Assembly: GCA_000146465.1 (NCBI GenBank)
Contig: CP001950.1
DNA length: 64,000 bases
Direction: 5' to 3' (one strand)
The notes beneath the pieces were generated by a model that worked only from the letters and a program-made list of their open reading frames with translations, was not told where the DNA came from and searched no databases. This document shows, piece after piece, positions 37,613 to 48,559 of this stretch. The stretch's first letter is position 1. Every line of letters begins with the position of its first letter. The translations under genes were made by a program, and so were the position numbers.

Positions 37613-39715
37613 TCACTCGTCATCTAAAGATATGTTGAATCCAAGTGGCTCAAACAAATACCCCTTTCCCCTGAAGAACTTCGAGTGGAATTCAACCCAA
37701 TTAAGCCTTAGGGCATGAAGACACGATCCAAGACCTTCCATTCCAATGAGAAGGACAATAGTCCCAAGAATGTAAACACCAGAAAGTGCAATAGGTGCAA
37801 TAAAGCCTTCTTTTCCTATTGTGAACTCATGAAGGACCCTAGTAAGTTGGGCATGGGCAAGAGAGACAGCCCATAGCCTAAGATAGGAAGAGGTATTTGA
37901 GATGAGTCCAAGACCGAACTCAACGACATGGATAAACTGATTAATCCACAAACTGGAAATCTCTTCTTTCTTCACCTTGTTTTTGGCTATCATGTATACA
38001 GGTTTACCTAGAAGCATCCAAGGAATACAGAGAAGCATGAGAAAGAGTAGACATAGTTGGACTCTATGCTGATATGGATATATTTCCTCTGCAACAACGA
38101 ATGGATTCGTAAACATGTTCACAAGAACCCCAATTATTGACGGATAGTTCGATGTAACTAGCCACTTGTATATTATTAAAAATACCATGTATCCAACAAA
38201 GGAACAGAAGACAATTGTTTGGGGGATAAGAACCCCATATATCTCCACCGGCTCGTTAAAGTACATAGCATTCAAAAAAGAAATAACTATTCCCAAGCTC
38301 ATGTGAAAGAATCCTATTATTATCGACATTTTCATCTTCATCGAATTGAGAAAGATCATTTCGTTTTTCGAATGGTGCCACATGTGGTCAACACCAAACG
38401 GATAGGGCCGTCCTGTGTCTTTGCTCGAGGAAAACAGAGGAATCGTAAGAGAGCCAAAGTCAGAATACAAAAATCCAAAGAACATGGCTGCAAGTGAAAA
38501 CACAAATATTATATACTTCCCATTGACAATCATCCTTAGAGTCTCCGAGCAGTTCTTGAATTTCTTTGAGTTCTTTATCATGTATACTGATAAGCAAAGA
38601 AGTAGCAATCCATGAAACACATCGCCAAACATGCATCCAAAAAGCATAGGAAATGTAAATAGAGAAAACACCGCAGGATTTATCTCTCCATACGACGGAA
38701 TTGCATAGGTGTTGGTAAGAATCTGAAAGGATTCTGTAAACTCATTCGTTCTGAAGTATGTAGGAGGCATCTCTTCGCTTTCTGTGATTTCAAATGCGAA
38801 AAGGCTTGTTCCATCCCCTTTTATCTCATTGATCCTCTTTAACTTTCCTATCTCTTCTCCAAGAATCCAGGCTTCGCCGACAAGGCAATCTCGATCGAAA
38901 TCAAAGCTTAACTTGTTAAGAGTCTGATATATTTTCGTTTCCTTGTTTAGATAGTACTTCCAGGTATTTGCAAAATGCCGGATCTTGTCTTGTTCCTTTT
39001 CTATTGCTTCGTCATTATGATCCTCGATTTGTTGCATCTGACTTATTGTTGCACTTAACTCAAGTAATCCTCGCTTACATTCTCTGAATTTTTTGTGATC
39101 TAGCATTCTTCCTCCTAAAGATGAAAATATATCTCTAACCTTCTCTAAAGCTTCACAACCGTGCGCAAGCACAATAAATACCGTTTTTGTTCCTTCTTCT
39201 ACATCCCTTGTCCTTATGACCAGGTTTCTTCTTAGTGCCTGATGAAGTACCTTTCTTATCAAAAGTTTTTTTCCCCTCTCAACTATCCCAGTCATGAAAT
39301 CAAACTGAACAAGATGTACTTCTTCTGCAACAGTTCCAAGAAAATTCTCTGTCTCCTCCTGCATATATAGGTCCTCCTTTAACCTTCCCTGGTTTGCATT
39401 GGTCTCTTTCTTTATCGACTTCAGCTGGGTCAATCTAGAGAAAAATTTGTTAACCTGCTCCTCCACCTGATCTATATCGCTATGCTTGATTCCCTCGTCA
39501 ATTTCTCCGACGTCCCCTGTCAAGTATTGCAATCTCGAAATGAGCTTTTCCATATGTGCTATCTCCCTGGTGTACAGTAGATTCTCCGCTTTAATGCTCT
39601 TATTAAGATCTTTGAAGTGAAGAAGTCCATTCTTCCCAATCTCGGTTATCGTCTGCTTTGCAGTATCCTTGCTAAAATACATCGATACCAAACACATCTT
39701 TTCACTCCTCAACAT
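37613..39715 (-). CDS. VPH1: V-type H+-ATPase subunit a (Vph1/Stv1 family)
   Basis: The N-terminus, MLRSEKMCLVSMYF, resembles the Vph1 FRSxEMxLVQxYI. The C-terminal membrane sector carries SYLRLWAVSLAHAQLTRVLHEF and ALRLNWVEFHSKFFRGKGYLFEPLGF, matching the conserved V0-a blocks. Start is ATG. Confidence 0.85.
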   Translation of the reverse strand: MLRSEKMCLVSMYFSKDTAKQTITEIGKNGLLHFKDLNKSIKAENLLYTREIAHMEKLISRLQYLTGDVGEIDEGIKHSDIDQVEEQVNKFFSRLTQLKSIKKETNANQGRLKEDLYMQEETENFLGTVAEEVHLVQFDFMTGIVERGKKLLIRKVLHQALRRNLVIRTRDVEEGTKTVFIVLAHGCEALEKVRDIFSSLGGRMLDHKKFRECKRGLLELSATISQMQQIEDHNDEAIEKEQDKIRHFANTWKYYLNKETKIYQTLNKLSFDFDRDCLVGEAWILGEEIGKLKRINEIKGDGTSLFAFEITESEEMPPTYFRTNEFTESFQILTNTYAIPSYGEINPAVFSLFTFPMLFGCMFGDVFHGLLLLCLSVYMIKNSKKFKNCSETLRMIVNGKYIIFVFSLAAMFFGFLYSDFGSLTIPLFSSSKDTGRPYPFGVDHMWHHSKNEMIFLNSMKMKMSIIIGFFHMSLGIVISFLNAMYFNEPVEIYGVLIPQTIVFCSFVGYMVFLIIYKWLVTSNYPSIIGVLVNMFTNPFVVAEEIYPYQHRVQLCLLFLMLLCIPWMLLGKPVYMIAKNKVKKEEISSLWINQFIHVVEFGLGLISNTSSYLRLWAVSLAHAQLTRVLHEFTIGKEGFIAPIALSGVYILGTIVLLIGMEGLGSCLHALRLNWVEFHSKFFRGKGYLFEPLGFNISLDDE

Positions 39716-39941
39716 GACTATTTTGTTTGCTTGTCCTGGTGAAATCAGGGAAGAACTTTTATTTACTTTGTTTCAAATTTGAAAATCTTTGCTTCTCGGA
39801 AAAATCGAACAAATGAGGATAGTCATATTTTCCTTTCCGTTTTTGGTAGAGGGGCAGAATAGGGAGGATTTCCGTCTTAGAGATGGTATGCAAGAATAAT
39901 CTTCTTATGCAAACCCATCCATACCTACTAAAGTATATAAG

Positions 39942-42722
39942 ATGGATAGAAAACCTTCAGTAAAGTGGGAGGAGCCAGAAAGTGATCGAAAGACTGTCCC
40001 AAAAAAGATAGAAAGGCCAAGCGTCTCAACATTGGACTTTTGGAACCGGGAGCTTGAAAATCCGCTGGATTCAGATAAGGATCAAGACGAATCTACCGAT
40101 ATGGATGCGTTTTTCACTTCTACAGGCTGTTTGGAGAATGAAAAGGAAAGGGAATTTCTGGTGTATTCGAAATTTACTGTACGGGAAATCAAAAGATCGA
40201 CTGATTCCGTGGTGTTAGTAGGTGACAAGGTTGAATGCCATCTTTCAGGAGAATGGTGCGAGACAGAGTATAGAGTAAACGACCGGATCACTGTTCTTCA
40301 CTGCATCTGTTGCAATGAGCAGGATGAAACATCTGATATTGATTACCTGGATGAGATCTTCGAGTCTGAATGTGGAGATCACTCTATGATTGAAGAAAAA
40401 GAAAATTCAGGCCAAAGTATCTTGAGAAATCGAATCTTTGTTACAAATACGGAAAACTACCTCCTCATTGAGGATGATCCCATCTCCATCACAACACTGT
40501 GTGAGTCCTTGTCATGCAAAAATAAGCGCTATATCAACACCAAGATTGCCTCTATAAGGTTTTCTTATACCGACCTAAGAGTTCTTATTGGAGTAGTGGT
40601 TCATTCTGTGATGGAAAAGGCTCTAGTTGAAAGGAACTTCTCTTTTGACTTCTTAACAAGGCAAACGAAGGCAAAGATTTCTAAAAATGTTGCTCTGATG
40701 CATAGATGTGGTATTGATGAAAGGACAGCTCTTAATGAATCACTGAAGTTAATAAAGAACATATACCTGTTCCGGGATCACAGGTTTGAGGTTGTTGAGA
40801 CGGAAAAAAAGCTCATGTCACTCTTGTTTAACATCAAAGGGAATGCAGATGCAATTGGGGAAGACTCGGTCCTCGAGATAAAGAGCACCAAGTCTCAAAG
40901 AGCAGAACATCGTGCACAAGTAATCTTGTATGCTCTCATGCTTAGGGAAAAAACAGGAAGAGACTTTTCTCCGTGTTTGTACTATATTCCTACAAGAGAG
41001 ATGGTTGAAGTTAAGCTAAAGCATCAAGAAATTCGAAGTCTGTTAAACCTTAGAAATAAGATTGCTGTTACAAGTGAACCGTGTGAATGTACATGCGACG
41101 ATTTTAGTTGCAATGCTCTGCTTAAGATAAAATCTCTCGACGAGACACATTTTCTAAGAAGTCAGCTAGACGCAATAGATTCAGAAGAAGGAAGGACAGC
41201 AGAGTCATTTATTCCAGTTATACTTCGTTATCAAAATAATACTTTAGTTAGGCTGGATATTCAAGGAGTTTTTTCTCCCAACAACATATATCTGAGTTTG
41301 TTCAGCTCTGACTTTGTAAGAATCTCAAAGGGGATTGTTGAGGAGATTAATGGAAATAGACTATTGGTAAGACTAAACGAAGAAATACTTTTCAAAGATA
41401 GAGAAAAGCTTTATGTGTCTTTTGGAGTCTCAGACATATTCTTCAGGTTTATGAGGTTTTCACTTGTTCATATTGCCTATCCAAGATACTGCACACCAGA
41501 GGTGATAGGAGGATTCACCCTCCCTATGGAAAAGATGGGCCTTGGTTTGGAAAACGGTTTTGATGAGCCAAACTCGGGAGACGGAGATTCTCTTTTGACT
41601 GAAGAATTGGAGGAGTGTCTTAAAAGTGATAAAGAGGTTTTGGAAAATGACAAGGAAAAAATCAAAGCGGATGGGAATGGTGGAGATAAAACCTCTTCTA
41701 ACATATCAGAAATACATACGAGTTATGAGTTGGACGATCACAAAATCACAATACCCGAAGTTTATCGGGAGGAGTTCTTAAAGCTCAACGATGATCAACG
41801 CTCTGCATTATTTTTGTCCCTGAACTGTAAGAACTACAGAATTATACATGGAATGCCGGGGACGGGAAAAAGTACCCTAATATGCCTCTTAATTAAGATT
41901 CTTGTTTATCTCAAAAAGAAAGTTCTTCTGATATGCTACACGAATCTTGCACTGGCAAATATTACAAAGAAGTTAAGCGGAATTAGAGTGTACACTGCCG
42001 GAAAGGAGGGCTTTTTCTTCAAAACAACCGAAGAGGCCAAGTTGTTCTTTGATAATATTGAACTGGTAGTAGGAACATGTTTTTCGTTTTCCGATCCTAT
42101 CTATTTAAATAGACGGTTTGACTTCTGTGTAGTTGATGAGGGTTCTCAAATGCACCTACTTCTAACCTTGATACCTATAAGCATTTCTTCGAAGTTTGTG
42201 ATAGTAGGGGATCATCTCCAACTAAAACCTCTTTCTAGATGTTCTAAGGACCTGAGTATTTCACTTTTTGAGTATTTACTTGGAAAAGATTACTCCAAAC
42301 TTAGGACACAATACAGGATGGGAAATGAGATTATGAGGCTGTCAAACACCCTTTTCTACAGTAACCAACTTCTTGGGGAGAAGAGGCCATCGAAGGTTGA
42401 GTTTATAGACACCGATATCATAGATTTCATGGCATTAGTACCTTCTTTTGAAAAATGCACTATCCTCTGCTATTTCAATGCACAGGTAGATACTATAAGA
42501 GAAATGACTAGATGTATTGTAGAAACGGTGGATAGGTTTCAAGGGAGTGAAAGTGACAAGGTTGTTGTTGTCTTTGATCCTATTTCCAAGTGTGAAGTGA
42601 TGGAGAGCAGCGAAAGGCTTAACGTGGCATTGACAAGGGCCAAGAAGCACCTTGTTCTTGCAGGGAGCAGGACAAAAATGATGGAAATAGACATATTGAA
42701 GAGACTTATAAGTATCTTGTAA
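39942..42722 (+). CDS. DNA2: Dna2 nuclease/helicase
   Basis: The central PD-(D/E)xK nuclease region is IKGNADAIGEDSVLEIKSTKSQRAEHRAQVILYALML, with flanking Cys residues consistent with the Dna2 Fe-S cluster (CECTCDDFSCNAL). The C-terminal SF1B helicase motifs are GMPGTGKST, VVDEGSQM, VGDHLQLKPL, RFQGSESDKVVVVF, LNVALTRAKKHLVLAGS. Confidence 0.6.
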   Translation: MDRKPSVKWEEPESDRKTVPKKIERPSVSTLDFWNRELENPLDSDKDQDESTDMDAFFTSTGCLENEKEREFLVYSKFTVREIKRSTDSVVLVGDKVECHLSGEWCETEYRVNDRITVLHCICCNEQDETSDIDYLDEIFESECGDHSMIEEKENSGQSILRNRIFVTNTENYLLIEDDPISITTLCESLSCKNKRYINTKIASIRFSYTDLRVLIGVVVHSVMEKALVERNFSFDFLTRQTKAKISKNVALMHRCGIDERTALNESLKLIKNIYLFRDHRFEVVETEKKLMSLLFNIKGNADAIGEDSVLEIKSTKSQRAEHRAQVILYALMLREKTGRDFSPCLYYIPTREMVEVKLKHQEIRSLLNLRNKIAVTSEPCECTCDDFSCNALLKIKSLDETHFLRSQLDAIDSEEGRTAESFIPVILRYQNNTLVRLDIQGVFSPNNIYLSLFSSDFVRISKGIVEEINGNRLLVRLNEEILFKDREKLYVSFGVSDIFFRFMRFSLVHIAYPRYCTPEVIGGFTLPMEKMGLGLENGFDEPNSGDGDSLLTEELEECLKSDKEVLENDKEKIKADGNGGDKTSSNISEIHTSYELDDHKITIPEVYREEFLKLNDDQRSALFLSLNCKNYRIIHGMPGTGKSTLICLLIKILVYLKKKVLLICYTNLALANITKKLSGIRVYTAGKEGFFFKTTEEAKLFFDNIELVVGTCFSFSDPIYLNRRFDFCVVDEGSQMHLLLTLIPISISSKFVIVGDHLQLKPLSRCSKDLSISLFEYLLGKDYSKLRTQYRMGNEIMRLSNTLFYSNQLLGEKRPSKVEFIDTDIIDFMALVPSFEKCTILCYFNAQVDTIREMTRCIVETVDRFQGSESDKVVVVFDPISKCEVMESSERLNVALTRAKKHLVLAGSRTKMMEIDILKRLISIL

Positions 42723-42776
42723 GAATATCCAAGATAGTTGGTCAATCTTCATTTCATTTTTGAGTCTGAGTAGTTT

Positions 42777-43076
42777 ATGCCCCAACACCAGATGTTGTTC
42801 TATGAGTTTTTCAAATCCAACATAGGAAAACGGATTTTTGTGATGTTGAAAGCTGGAGTGTATGTGTCTGGAGTGCTAAACAGCATAGATCCATACCTCA
42901 ACTTGAATCTCGAGGAAGTGGAGATCCTTAGCGACCACCCTGGATTGAGTGGGACTTCTCTGTGCTCAATACGAGGGTCGTCTATAAAATATATCCTTGC
43001 AGATAGAGATGCAGGATTACTTCAAGGAGTGAATGCTGGAAGCAGGCTTAGAATGATACTTGACAAATGTTATTGA
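42777..43076 (+). CDS. LSM2: LSm2 (U6 snRNA-associated Sm-like protein)
   Basis: MLFYEFFKSNIGKRIFVMLKAGVYVSGVLNSIDPYLNLNLEEVEI...SIRGSSIKYILA parallels Lsm2 MLFFSFFKTLVDQEVVVELKNDIEICGTLQSVDQFLNLKLDNISC...FIRGSTVRYVYL. The true start may be the second Met at 42792. Confidence 0.6.
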   Translation: MPQHQMLFYEFFKSNIGKRIFVMLKAGVYVSGVLNSIDPYLNLNLEEVEILSDHPGLSGTSLCSIRGSSIKYILADRDAGLLQGVNAGSRLRMILDKCY

Positions 43077-43169
43077 CGTCTGTTAATTGAATAGGAAATA
43101 AACTACTGGCTTAAGGATTATTACTATTACTATTTGTTACTCTCTTTCAACCCCATTTATTTGAGCTTA

Positions 43170-45314
43170 ATGAAAGGTTATAAGCGACAATCGAGGGAAT
43201 CGACTATTGTGAAGAAATTTCTGAAAGAACATCTGAACGAAGGAACTACAAAGTCTACATGCGAAAAGATATATCAGCTTTCACAGCGTGTGGCTAAAGC
43301 TAGAATGAGCAAAAGACTCCTTTCGGAGATCATAAAGGTATCTAAAGTTTTTGTAGATGATTATGCAGAAAAAACCCGGGGAATGAGCTCAAAAGATACA
43401 GGAAGATGTCTTTACTCGTTTGATTGTCTTTGGAGTAGAAGCATGAATCTCTTTGGGAAAGTGTTCTGTCCAATTATACGAACTAGAAGGAAGTTTATAG
43501 ACCGTTTATCTTCAAAGTTATTTATGCAATTTGTGAAGAACATCGAGGATAAGATAGTAAAATTTATAATAGACAATATAAGAGAGGAAATACAGAAAGT
43601 AGAAACTAATAGGAGAACAAGTAAACCTGAATCCAGTAGTTTGGAATCCTCTTCTAACAAAAAGCAGAAGCTAAGCCAAGACGAGCCTGGAAAATTGGGG
43701 GAGCTTAAGGAAAGGGACTTTGGTGTATTTGAATCGCTTTCCAGAAAGGAGAAAATTTCAACTTTAATCGGCATACTTCAAGGTAGGGGATGCTTCGATC
43801 TGTTTCTAGAAAGAGTTGTTGGGAGCTTAACTTCGGTCCTTGATGAAAAGATAGATAGGGAAGGTCTTGGGATTTTAGCAATAAAGAGACTTATTGACGA
43901 GCAGAGAAAAGCCGGGTATATGAAGGACTACTTCTATGCAGTTGAATCGAATCTGATGAGAAAAATAGTTATAAAATATACTAATGAGGAGATTTTCAAA
44001 ATGCTGGACAAAGAGGATGAAATGAGATTATGTATGGGATTTTTTTGTGCCTCCAACGAGGAGAAAAGGCTTATGGAGGCTTTGGATGTGTATTTCAGGA
44101 AAATAATGGGAAATCCTTCTATTGATGACTTTATTGGAAAATACTACTGGATCTACCTCAAGTTTAGAGAACTAGAAAATAGCAAGGATGGAGGATACGA
44201 AAGGATTATAGAAGGAATTAGAAACTGTAAGAAAGACATTCTAAAGTTAGATGCAGAGTGTGTTGTTGAGTGCGTATGCAGATGGACGGATTCGTTTCTA
44301 AGAGGAAAAATAATCATCCAGGAGAACACCATTGAAGGGATGGAAAGTCCAATTTTTATTCCAGGGAGCGAAAGGAAGGAAGTGATAAATGTAGAAAGAG
44401 TTTTAAAGAAAATAGGGATAGACTCTCTTCTTGAAGGTAATGGATGGAGAGAGTATCTTGTATTGAATATTTTCGATATGATTGGAGAAATGTTTCGTTT
44501 CTGCGATTACAAGGAGATGTTTGAAACGACATTACAAGGCAGATTGGGAAGTAGACTTGTCTCTGGATCGTCTATATCAATGGACTGGGAGATTCGACTA
44601 ATTGATAAGATTGATTCCGGTAGAAGCACCATAGACAAGATGAGATGCATGATAAAAGACTTTATGGAAACAGAACAATTCATGGGCCATGATATTCTGC
44701 TTCTTCGGGGATGTAAGTGGCCTAGATATGAAGAGACTATCCTTAGGATCCCAGATGTTGAGGAAGTCAAGAAAAGGTACAATCACGTGGTAAAAAACAA
44801 AAGAAAGATAATCAGATGGAACGATCTGTTATCATCCTGTGAAATTGAGTTTTTGGGACGTATGGTGAGAGTTACATTGCCTCAATACCTAATGATGAAG
44901 CTTTTGGTTGAAAAGGATAGGACGGCTGAGGATTTGAAGATTTGCAAATCCTGGGACAAGAATCTTGAAGTATTGGTTAAGAAAGGGTTGGTGAAGGTGG
45001 AAGGAAAAAGACATTTTTTGAACATGGATTATTGGAAAGGGGACTTTCCCATGGACTCGATGATTCCTGATATGTTCCCGTTGCTAGGACCGCAGAAAAT
45101 CATAAAGATGTTTGATGAATCTGAGTCTTATAAGGATCTTTTAGATTGTAAAATAATAAAGGAAATGAAAGCTAATAAGACACTGAGCAAAAGTGGTCTC
45201 AAAGAACTGCTAAATAAGACGTATCCACAGGAAATTCTCGATGAAAGAATAGACAGCTTGGCAAACCGAGAGTTTTTGAGTGTTGAGGGAGAGAATATAA
45301 AGTATGTTCCATGA
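43170..45314 (+). CDS. Cullin-family ubiquitin-ligase scaffold
   Basis: The C-terminal winged-helix and neddylation region, DCKIIKEMKANKTLSKSGLKELLNKTYPQEILDERIDSLANREFLSVEGENIKYVP, parallels the cullin AAIVRIMKMRKTL...[28 protein letters not shown]. The cullin-homology arrangement is IPDVEEVKKRYNHVVKNKRKIIRWNDLLSSCEIEF...TLPQYLMMKLL. The track start at 43134 is a TTG. The first ATG (M13) lies at 43170 by ORF arithmetic, but the printed sequence seems to put it at 43171, so the start is uncertain by 1 nt. Confidence 0.6.
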   Translation: MKGYKRQSRESTIVKKFLKEHLNEGTTKSTCEKIYQLSQRVAKARMSKRLLSEIIKVSKVFVDDYAEKTRGMSSKDTGRCLYSFDCLWSRSMNLFGKVFCPIIRTRRKFIDRLSSKLFMQFVKNIEDKIVKFIIDNIREEIQKVETNRRTSKPESSSLESSSNKKQKLSQDEPGKLGELKERDFGVFESLSRKEKISTLIGILQGRGCFDLFLERVVGSLTSVLDEKIDREGLGILAIKRLIDEQRKAGYMKDYFYAVESNLMRKIVIKYTNEEIFKMLDKEDEMRLCMGFFCASNEEKRLMEALDVYFRKIMGNPSIDDFIGKYYWIYLKFRELENSKDGGYERIIEGIRNCKKDILKLDAECVVECVCRWTDSFLRGKIIIQENTIEGMESPIFIPGSERKEVINVERVLKKIGIDSLLEGNGWREYLVLNIFDMIGEMFRFCDYKEMFETTLQGRLGSRLVSGSSISMDWEIRLIDKIDSGRSTIDKMRCMIKDFMETEQFMGHDILLLRGCKWPRYEETILRIPDVEEVKKRYNHVVKNKRKIIRWNDLLSSCEIEFLGRMVRVTLPQYLMMKLLVEKDRTAEDLKICKSWDKNLEVLVKKGLVKVEGKRHFLNMDYWKGDFPMDSMIPDMFPLLGPQKIIKMFDESESYKDLLDCKIIKEMKANKTLSKSGLKELLNKTYPQEILDERIDSLANREFLSVEGENIKYVP

Positions 45315-45431
45315 TTCCCAAGTGTTCTCCATTTCCATTCTGCAAAGCGTTTATTGGATCCCTATTTTTTTGTAAAATCCAATTAAGGTCTTTGAAATTC
45401 CGAAAATCCCCCTGGAAACTATTTCATAAAA

Positions 45432-46151
45432 ATGTTTCTCCCTTGGAGTGCAATGAATTCAGAAGCTCGGATTAAAAAGATAATGGAGGAGACAGGATGT
45501 TCACTAGAGGTTGCAAAAAAAGCGGAGCAAGAATCCCAAGGTAACTTGAATGCGGCTATAGAAATGGCTAAGAAAAAAGGAAATGTTTTGTATTCAGGGG
45601 GAAACAGTGGGCTATATGTTGAGGAAAACCCATCGCGAAAGTCAATAACTCAATACAAAAATGGAATCCTGGTGGAGGATAAGTTCTATGATTTTTCCGT
45701 AGATAATAATATCAGACTCAAGGACATGCTGGAAAAAGGAACTTTTGATGCATCACTTCTTGTTTTGGAGGGAGATACAGCCGAAGTCATCTACAGTGAA
45801 AGGTTGGATGAGGAATACAAAGAAAAAAAGCCCCAGGAACCTTCTAAGGTAACAGCCTCGTTTGTAGGGGAAGGAAGGCAGATTGGGAACTCCAGCAGAG
45901 ATATTCCTTGTAATAATATTGAAGACACGTTAGAAATAGTCCATGATGGTGATACAGTATTCAAAGTTATGATAGGGAGCAAAAGAGTCACGGTGAAAAT
46001 GCACAAGTTTCAAACAGTTGGCGATTTCTTCGATTATATGGAGAGATATTATGACTTCGGGCTTGTTTTGTCTACCAATGGAAAAGAGATTCCCCCTAGC
46101 CATAGTGTTGAAGAAATATCAAACAAACTTGTTCTCCTTAGCAGAAGATAG
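45432..46151 (+). CDS. SHP1: Shp1/p47-like Cdc48 cofactor (UBA-SEP-UBX)
   Basis: An N-terminal UBA-like helix bundle (IKKIMEETGCSLEVAKKAEQESQGNLNAAIEMA) is followed by a SEP domain (KNGILVEDKFYDFSVDNNIRLKDMLEKGTFDASLL) and a C-terminal UBX-like beta-grasp (VFKVMIGSKRVTVKMHKFQTVGDFFDYM). Confidence 0.5.
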   Translation: MFLPWSAMNSEARIKKIMEETGCSLEVAKKAEQESQGNLNAAIEMAKKKGNVLYSGGNSGLYVEENPSRKSITQYKNGILVEDKFYDFSVDNNIRLKDMLEKGTFDASLLVLEGDTAEVIYSERLDEEYKEKKPQEPSKVTASFVGEGRQIGNSSRDIPCNNIEDTLEIVHDGDTVFKVMIGSKRVTVKMHKFQTVGDFFDYMERYYDFGLVLSTNGKEIPPSHSVEEISNKLVLLSRR

Positions 46152-46246
46152 GTTTAATAAAAATGATTAAATTTATTAAGTGGTGGCCAATTTTATTTTT
46201 TCTGGTGTTTATCACTTCTATATGTTCACAATGCTATGCAGGTTTA

Positions 46247-46912
46247 TTATTTTGTTTCGGGAGGCCGAAAACTCTCACAGGCATTTCTAAGTCTGATAAC
46301 ATTGTCTTTACTGAAAGAAAAGCTGAGAAAACCAAACATTTCGCAGGGAAAATACAAACTTGCATACACTAACTCTATTTCTTTATACGGTTCTCTACCT
46401 AGAATAAGTATCTTGTCCATCCTCTCCACAGAAAGTTTCCATAGCTTATTAATACATGGGACAATACAGTCTTCCCCACTGTAAACGAAAATCTCTTCTC
46501 CCTTATCTCCTTCAGTAGCTTCTGGAGTATCTCTCGCAACTTTAATGAGTCCTTTTTCTTGGAGTAGAGCAAGTACCCCGTACATCCTAAGGTACAGACT
46601 TGGGAAATGGAAGTTGTAGTCTAGAACTTCAAACAACTCTGACTCATAATTAAAAATGTTTTTCTTATTGGATCCCGGGAGCCTTTTTATAAGAGTATCT
46701 ATATTGCCATGGAGATCCTCACACTTAGAAGCAACTATTACTATCGCATATATGACATCCCTCATTTCTTTTTTGCCTCTAAGCATTTTACCAATGGCCC
46801 TATCGAATATTTGTATAGATGTACTCCTTACCGTAACAGGTAAGTCTAATTTTATGCATGCCTCTATAATCTCCCATCTGTATCCTATGATCCTCTCTAC
46901 AGAGTTTTCCAT
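46247..46912 (-). CDS. Cyclin-box protein, probably a transcriptional cyclin of the C/H or Pho80 type
   Basis: The cyclin-N signature is TSIQIFDRAIGKMLR...VIYAIVIVASKCEDL, followed by ESELFEVLDYNFHFPSLYLRMYGVL. Start is ATG. Confidence 0.5.
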   Translation of the reverse strand: MENSVERIIGYRWEIIEACIKLDLPVTVRSTSIQIFDRAIGKMLRGKKEMRDVIYAIVIVASKCEDLHGNIDTLIKRLPGSNKKNIFNYESELFEVLDYNFHFPSLYLRMYGVLALLQEKGLIKVARDTPEATEGDKGEEIFVYSGEDCIVPCINKLWKLSVERMDKILILGREPYKEIELVYASLYFPCEMFGFLSFSFSKDNVIRLRNACESFRPPETK

Positions 46913-47101
46913 TCAAGGGTGCGGACAAGTCTTTATATTAGTGTGTTCCTGCATGAAATTCGTTTGTATCATACATCTCCAATCTTAAATTACAGAGAAG
47001 AATTTACAAATCGATTCTGGAAACGTTGCAAGCTTGGACTGTGTAAACAAATAAGATTGCCTATGAAAAGTAGATTCTATTCTGATGAATAAGGCCCTTT
47101 A

Positions 47102-48280
47102 TTATTTCAGAAGCTTTCGGAGATCGGAATTCAGATCTCCAGCTTTCTTCAGTACCTTATGGACTGCCATTTCAAAGTCCTCTTGTGTTACATGGACTCT
47201 TCTTTCTCTCAGAGCATACATTCCAGCTTCTGTGCATACAGCCTTAACCTCTGCTCCAGAGCATCCGACCATCTTGCTTGCTATTGTCTCAAGATCGATA
47301 CCTTTGGTAAGATTCATCTTTCTTGAGTGAATCTTCAGGATCTCAAGCCTTGCGGATTCTTTCGGCTGGGGAAACTCAATCTTCCTATCAATCCTTCCAG
47401 TCCTCAGTAGAGCAGGATCAAGAATATCAATTCTGTTAGTTGCCATTATAACTTTGATGTTATTATGGGACTCGAATCCATCGAGCTGGTTGAGCAATTC
47501 AAGCATGGTCCTCTGAACTTCACTATCACTTCCCTTGTTTGAATCTCCTCTTGTAGATCCAATAGAGTCGATCTCATCCATAAATATTATGGACGGGGCA
47601 TGCTCTCTAGCCATAACAAAAAGTTCCCTCACCAATCTAGATCCTTCTCCAATGTATTTCTGAACAAGCTCCGACCCAGAAACTCTTATGAACTTGCATT
47701 GGGTGTGATGAGCTACAGCTCTTGCCAACAGGGTTTTGCCTGTTCCGGGAGGACCGTACAGAAGAACTCCTTTTGGCTGGGCAATCCCAAGATTCTCAAA
47801 TAGCTCAGGATGTTTTATTGGAAGCTCAATGACTTCCCGAATTTCCTTAATTTGTTCATCAAGGCCTCCTATCATTTGATATGTAGAATCAGGAACTTTT
47901 TCAACCATCATAAGAGATACAAGCGGATCTACTTTTGTAGGAAGTATTCTATGAACATCATATGAGTCACTGCGGAGAGCAACTCTTACCCCGGGCTTGA
48001 GATCATCATAATTTACTCCAGGCTCTACTTTTGCTAAGTACTTTCCATCTGGATTTGTTTTAACTAAGACTTGCATTTTTCCCATTTTTTCTACAATCAC
48101 TCCAACATTAGAGCTGGGTTCCTGCACAATAGATATTTCCTCCCTAAGAAATCTGACCCTTCTGTTCAACTCTGCCCTCTTCTGTTCCAAAACCCGAAGG
48201 ACTTTACTCTTCTTGGCTATAAGCACCTCAAGATGGTCCAGTTTGTTGCTATAGAAGTTTTTGCAAAATCCCTCCACCAT
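47102..48280 (-). CDS. RPT6: 26S proteasome regulatory ATPase Rpt6 (Sug1/PSMC5)
   Basis: [126 protein letters not shown] is almost identical to human PSMC5 over about 120 aa. The track start at 48319 is a TTG, and the first ATG (M14) gives a start at 48280. Confidence 0.85.
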   Translation of the reverse strand: MVEGFCKNFYSNKLDHLEVLIAKKSKVLRVLEQKRAELNRRVRFLREEISIVQEPSSNVGVIVEKMGKMQVLVKTNPDGKYLAKVEPGVNYDDLKPGVRVALRSDSYDVHRILPTKVDPLVSLMMVEKVPDSTYQMIGGLDEQIKEIREVIELPIKHPELFENLGIAQPKGVLLYGPPGTGKTLLARAVAHHTQCKFIRVSGSELVQKYIGEGSRLVRELFVMAREHAPSIIFMDEIDSIGSTRGDSNKGSDSEVQRTMLELLNQLDGFESHNNIKVIMATNRIDILDPALLRTGRIDRKIEFPQPKESARLEILKIHSRKMNLTKGIDLETIASKMVGCSGAEVKAVCTEAGMYALRERRVHVTQEDFEMAVHKVLKKAGDLNSDLRKLLK

Positions 48281-48463
48281 CTCAAGGGATTGTATTAGGA
48301 TTAGATTTTCATTCAACAAACAAACAACTTTTCGGGCACAGGAAGACTTAGTAAATTCAAGGCATATTCATTATGGAAGAGATCAAGAAGTCCTCTTTGG
48401 CATAGATGTCTCGTCCAGTAAAGTTGGAAGTGTGGCTGAAGTTTACATCCTGGACATATATCG

Positions 48464-48534
48464 GCTGGATTAGCTTAGTGGTAGAGCATGGCGTTGTGGC
48501 CGCCAAGATGCGGGTTCGATTCCCGCATTCAGCA
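48464..48534 (+). tRNA. tRNA-His (anticodon GUG)
   Basis: Cloverleaf: acceptor GCTGGAT/ATTCAGC; D arm GCTTAGTGGTAGAGC; anticodon stem TGGCG/CGCCA with loop TTGTGGC; T arm GCGGGTTCGATTCCCGC; discriminator A. The genome encodes a G at -1 (48463). T-runs follow downstream. Confidence 0.85.
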
Positions 48535-48559
48535 CTTTTGCTTGGGACACTTTTTCTTT

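Noticed and set aside
47102-48319. Initial call of this AAA-ATPase as Rpt2 (PSMC1)
   Set aside because: A side-by-side comparison shows much closer collinearity with Rpt6/PSMC5 ([72 protein letters not shown]), so it is called Rpt6.
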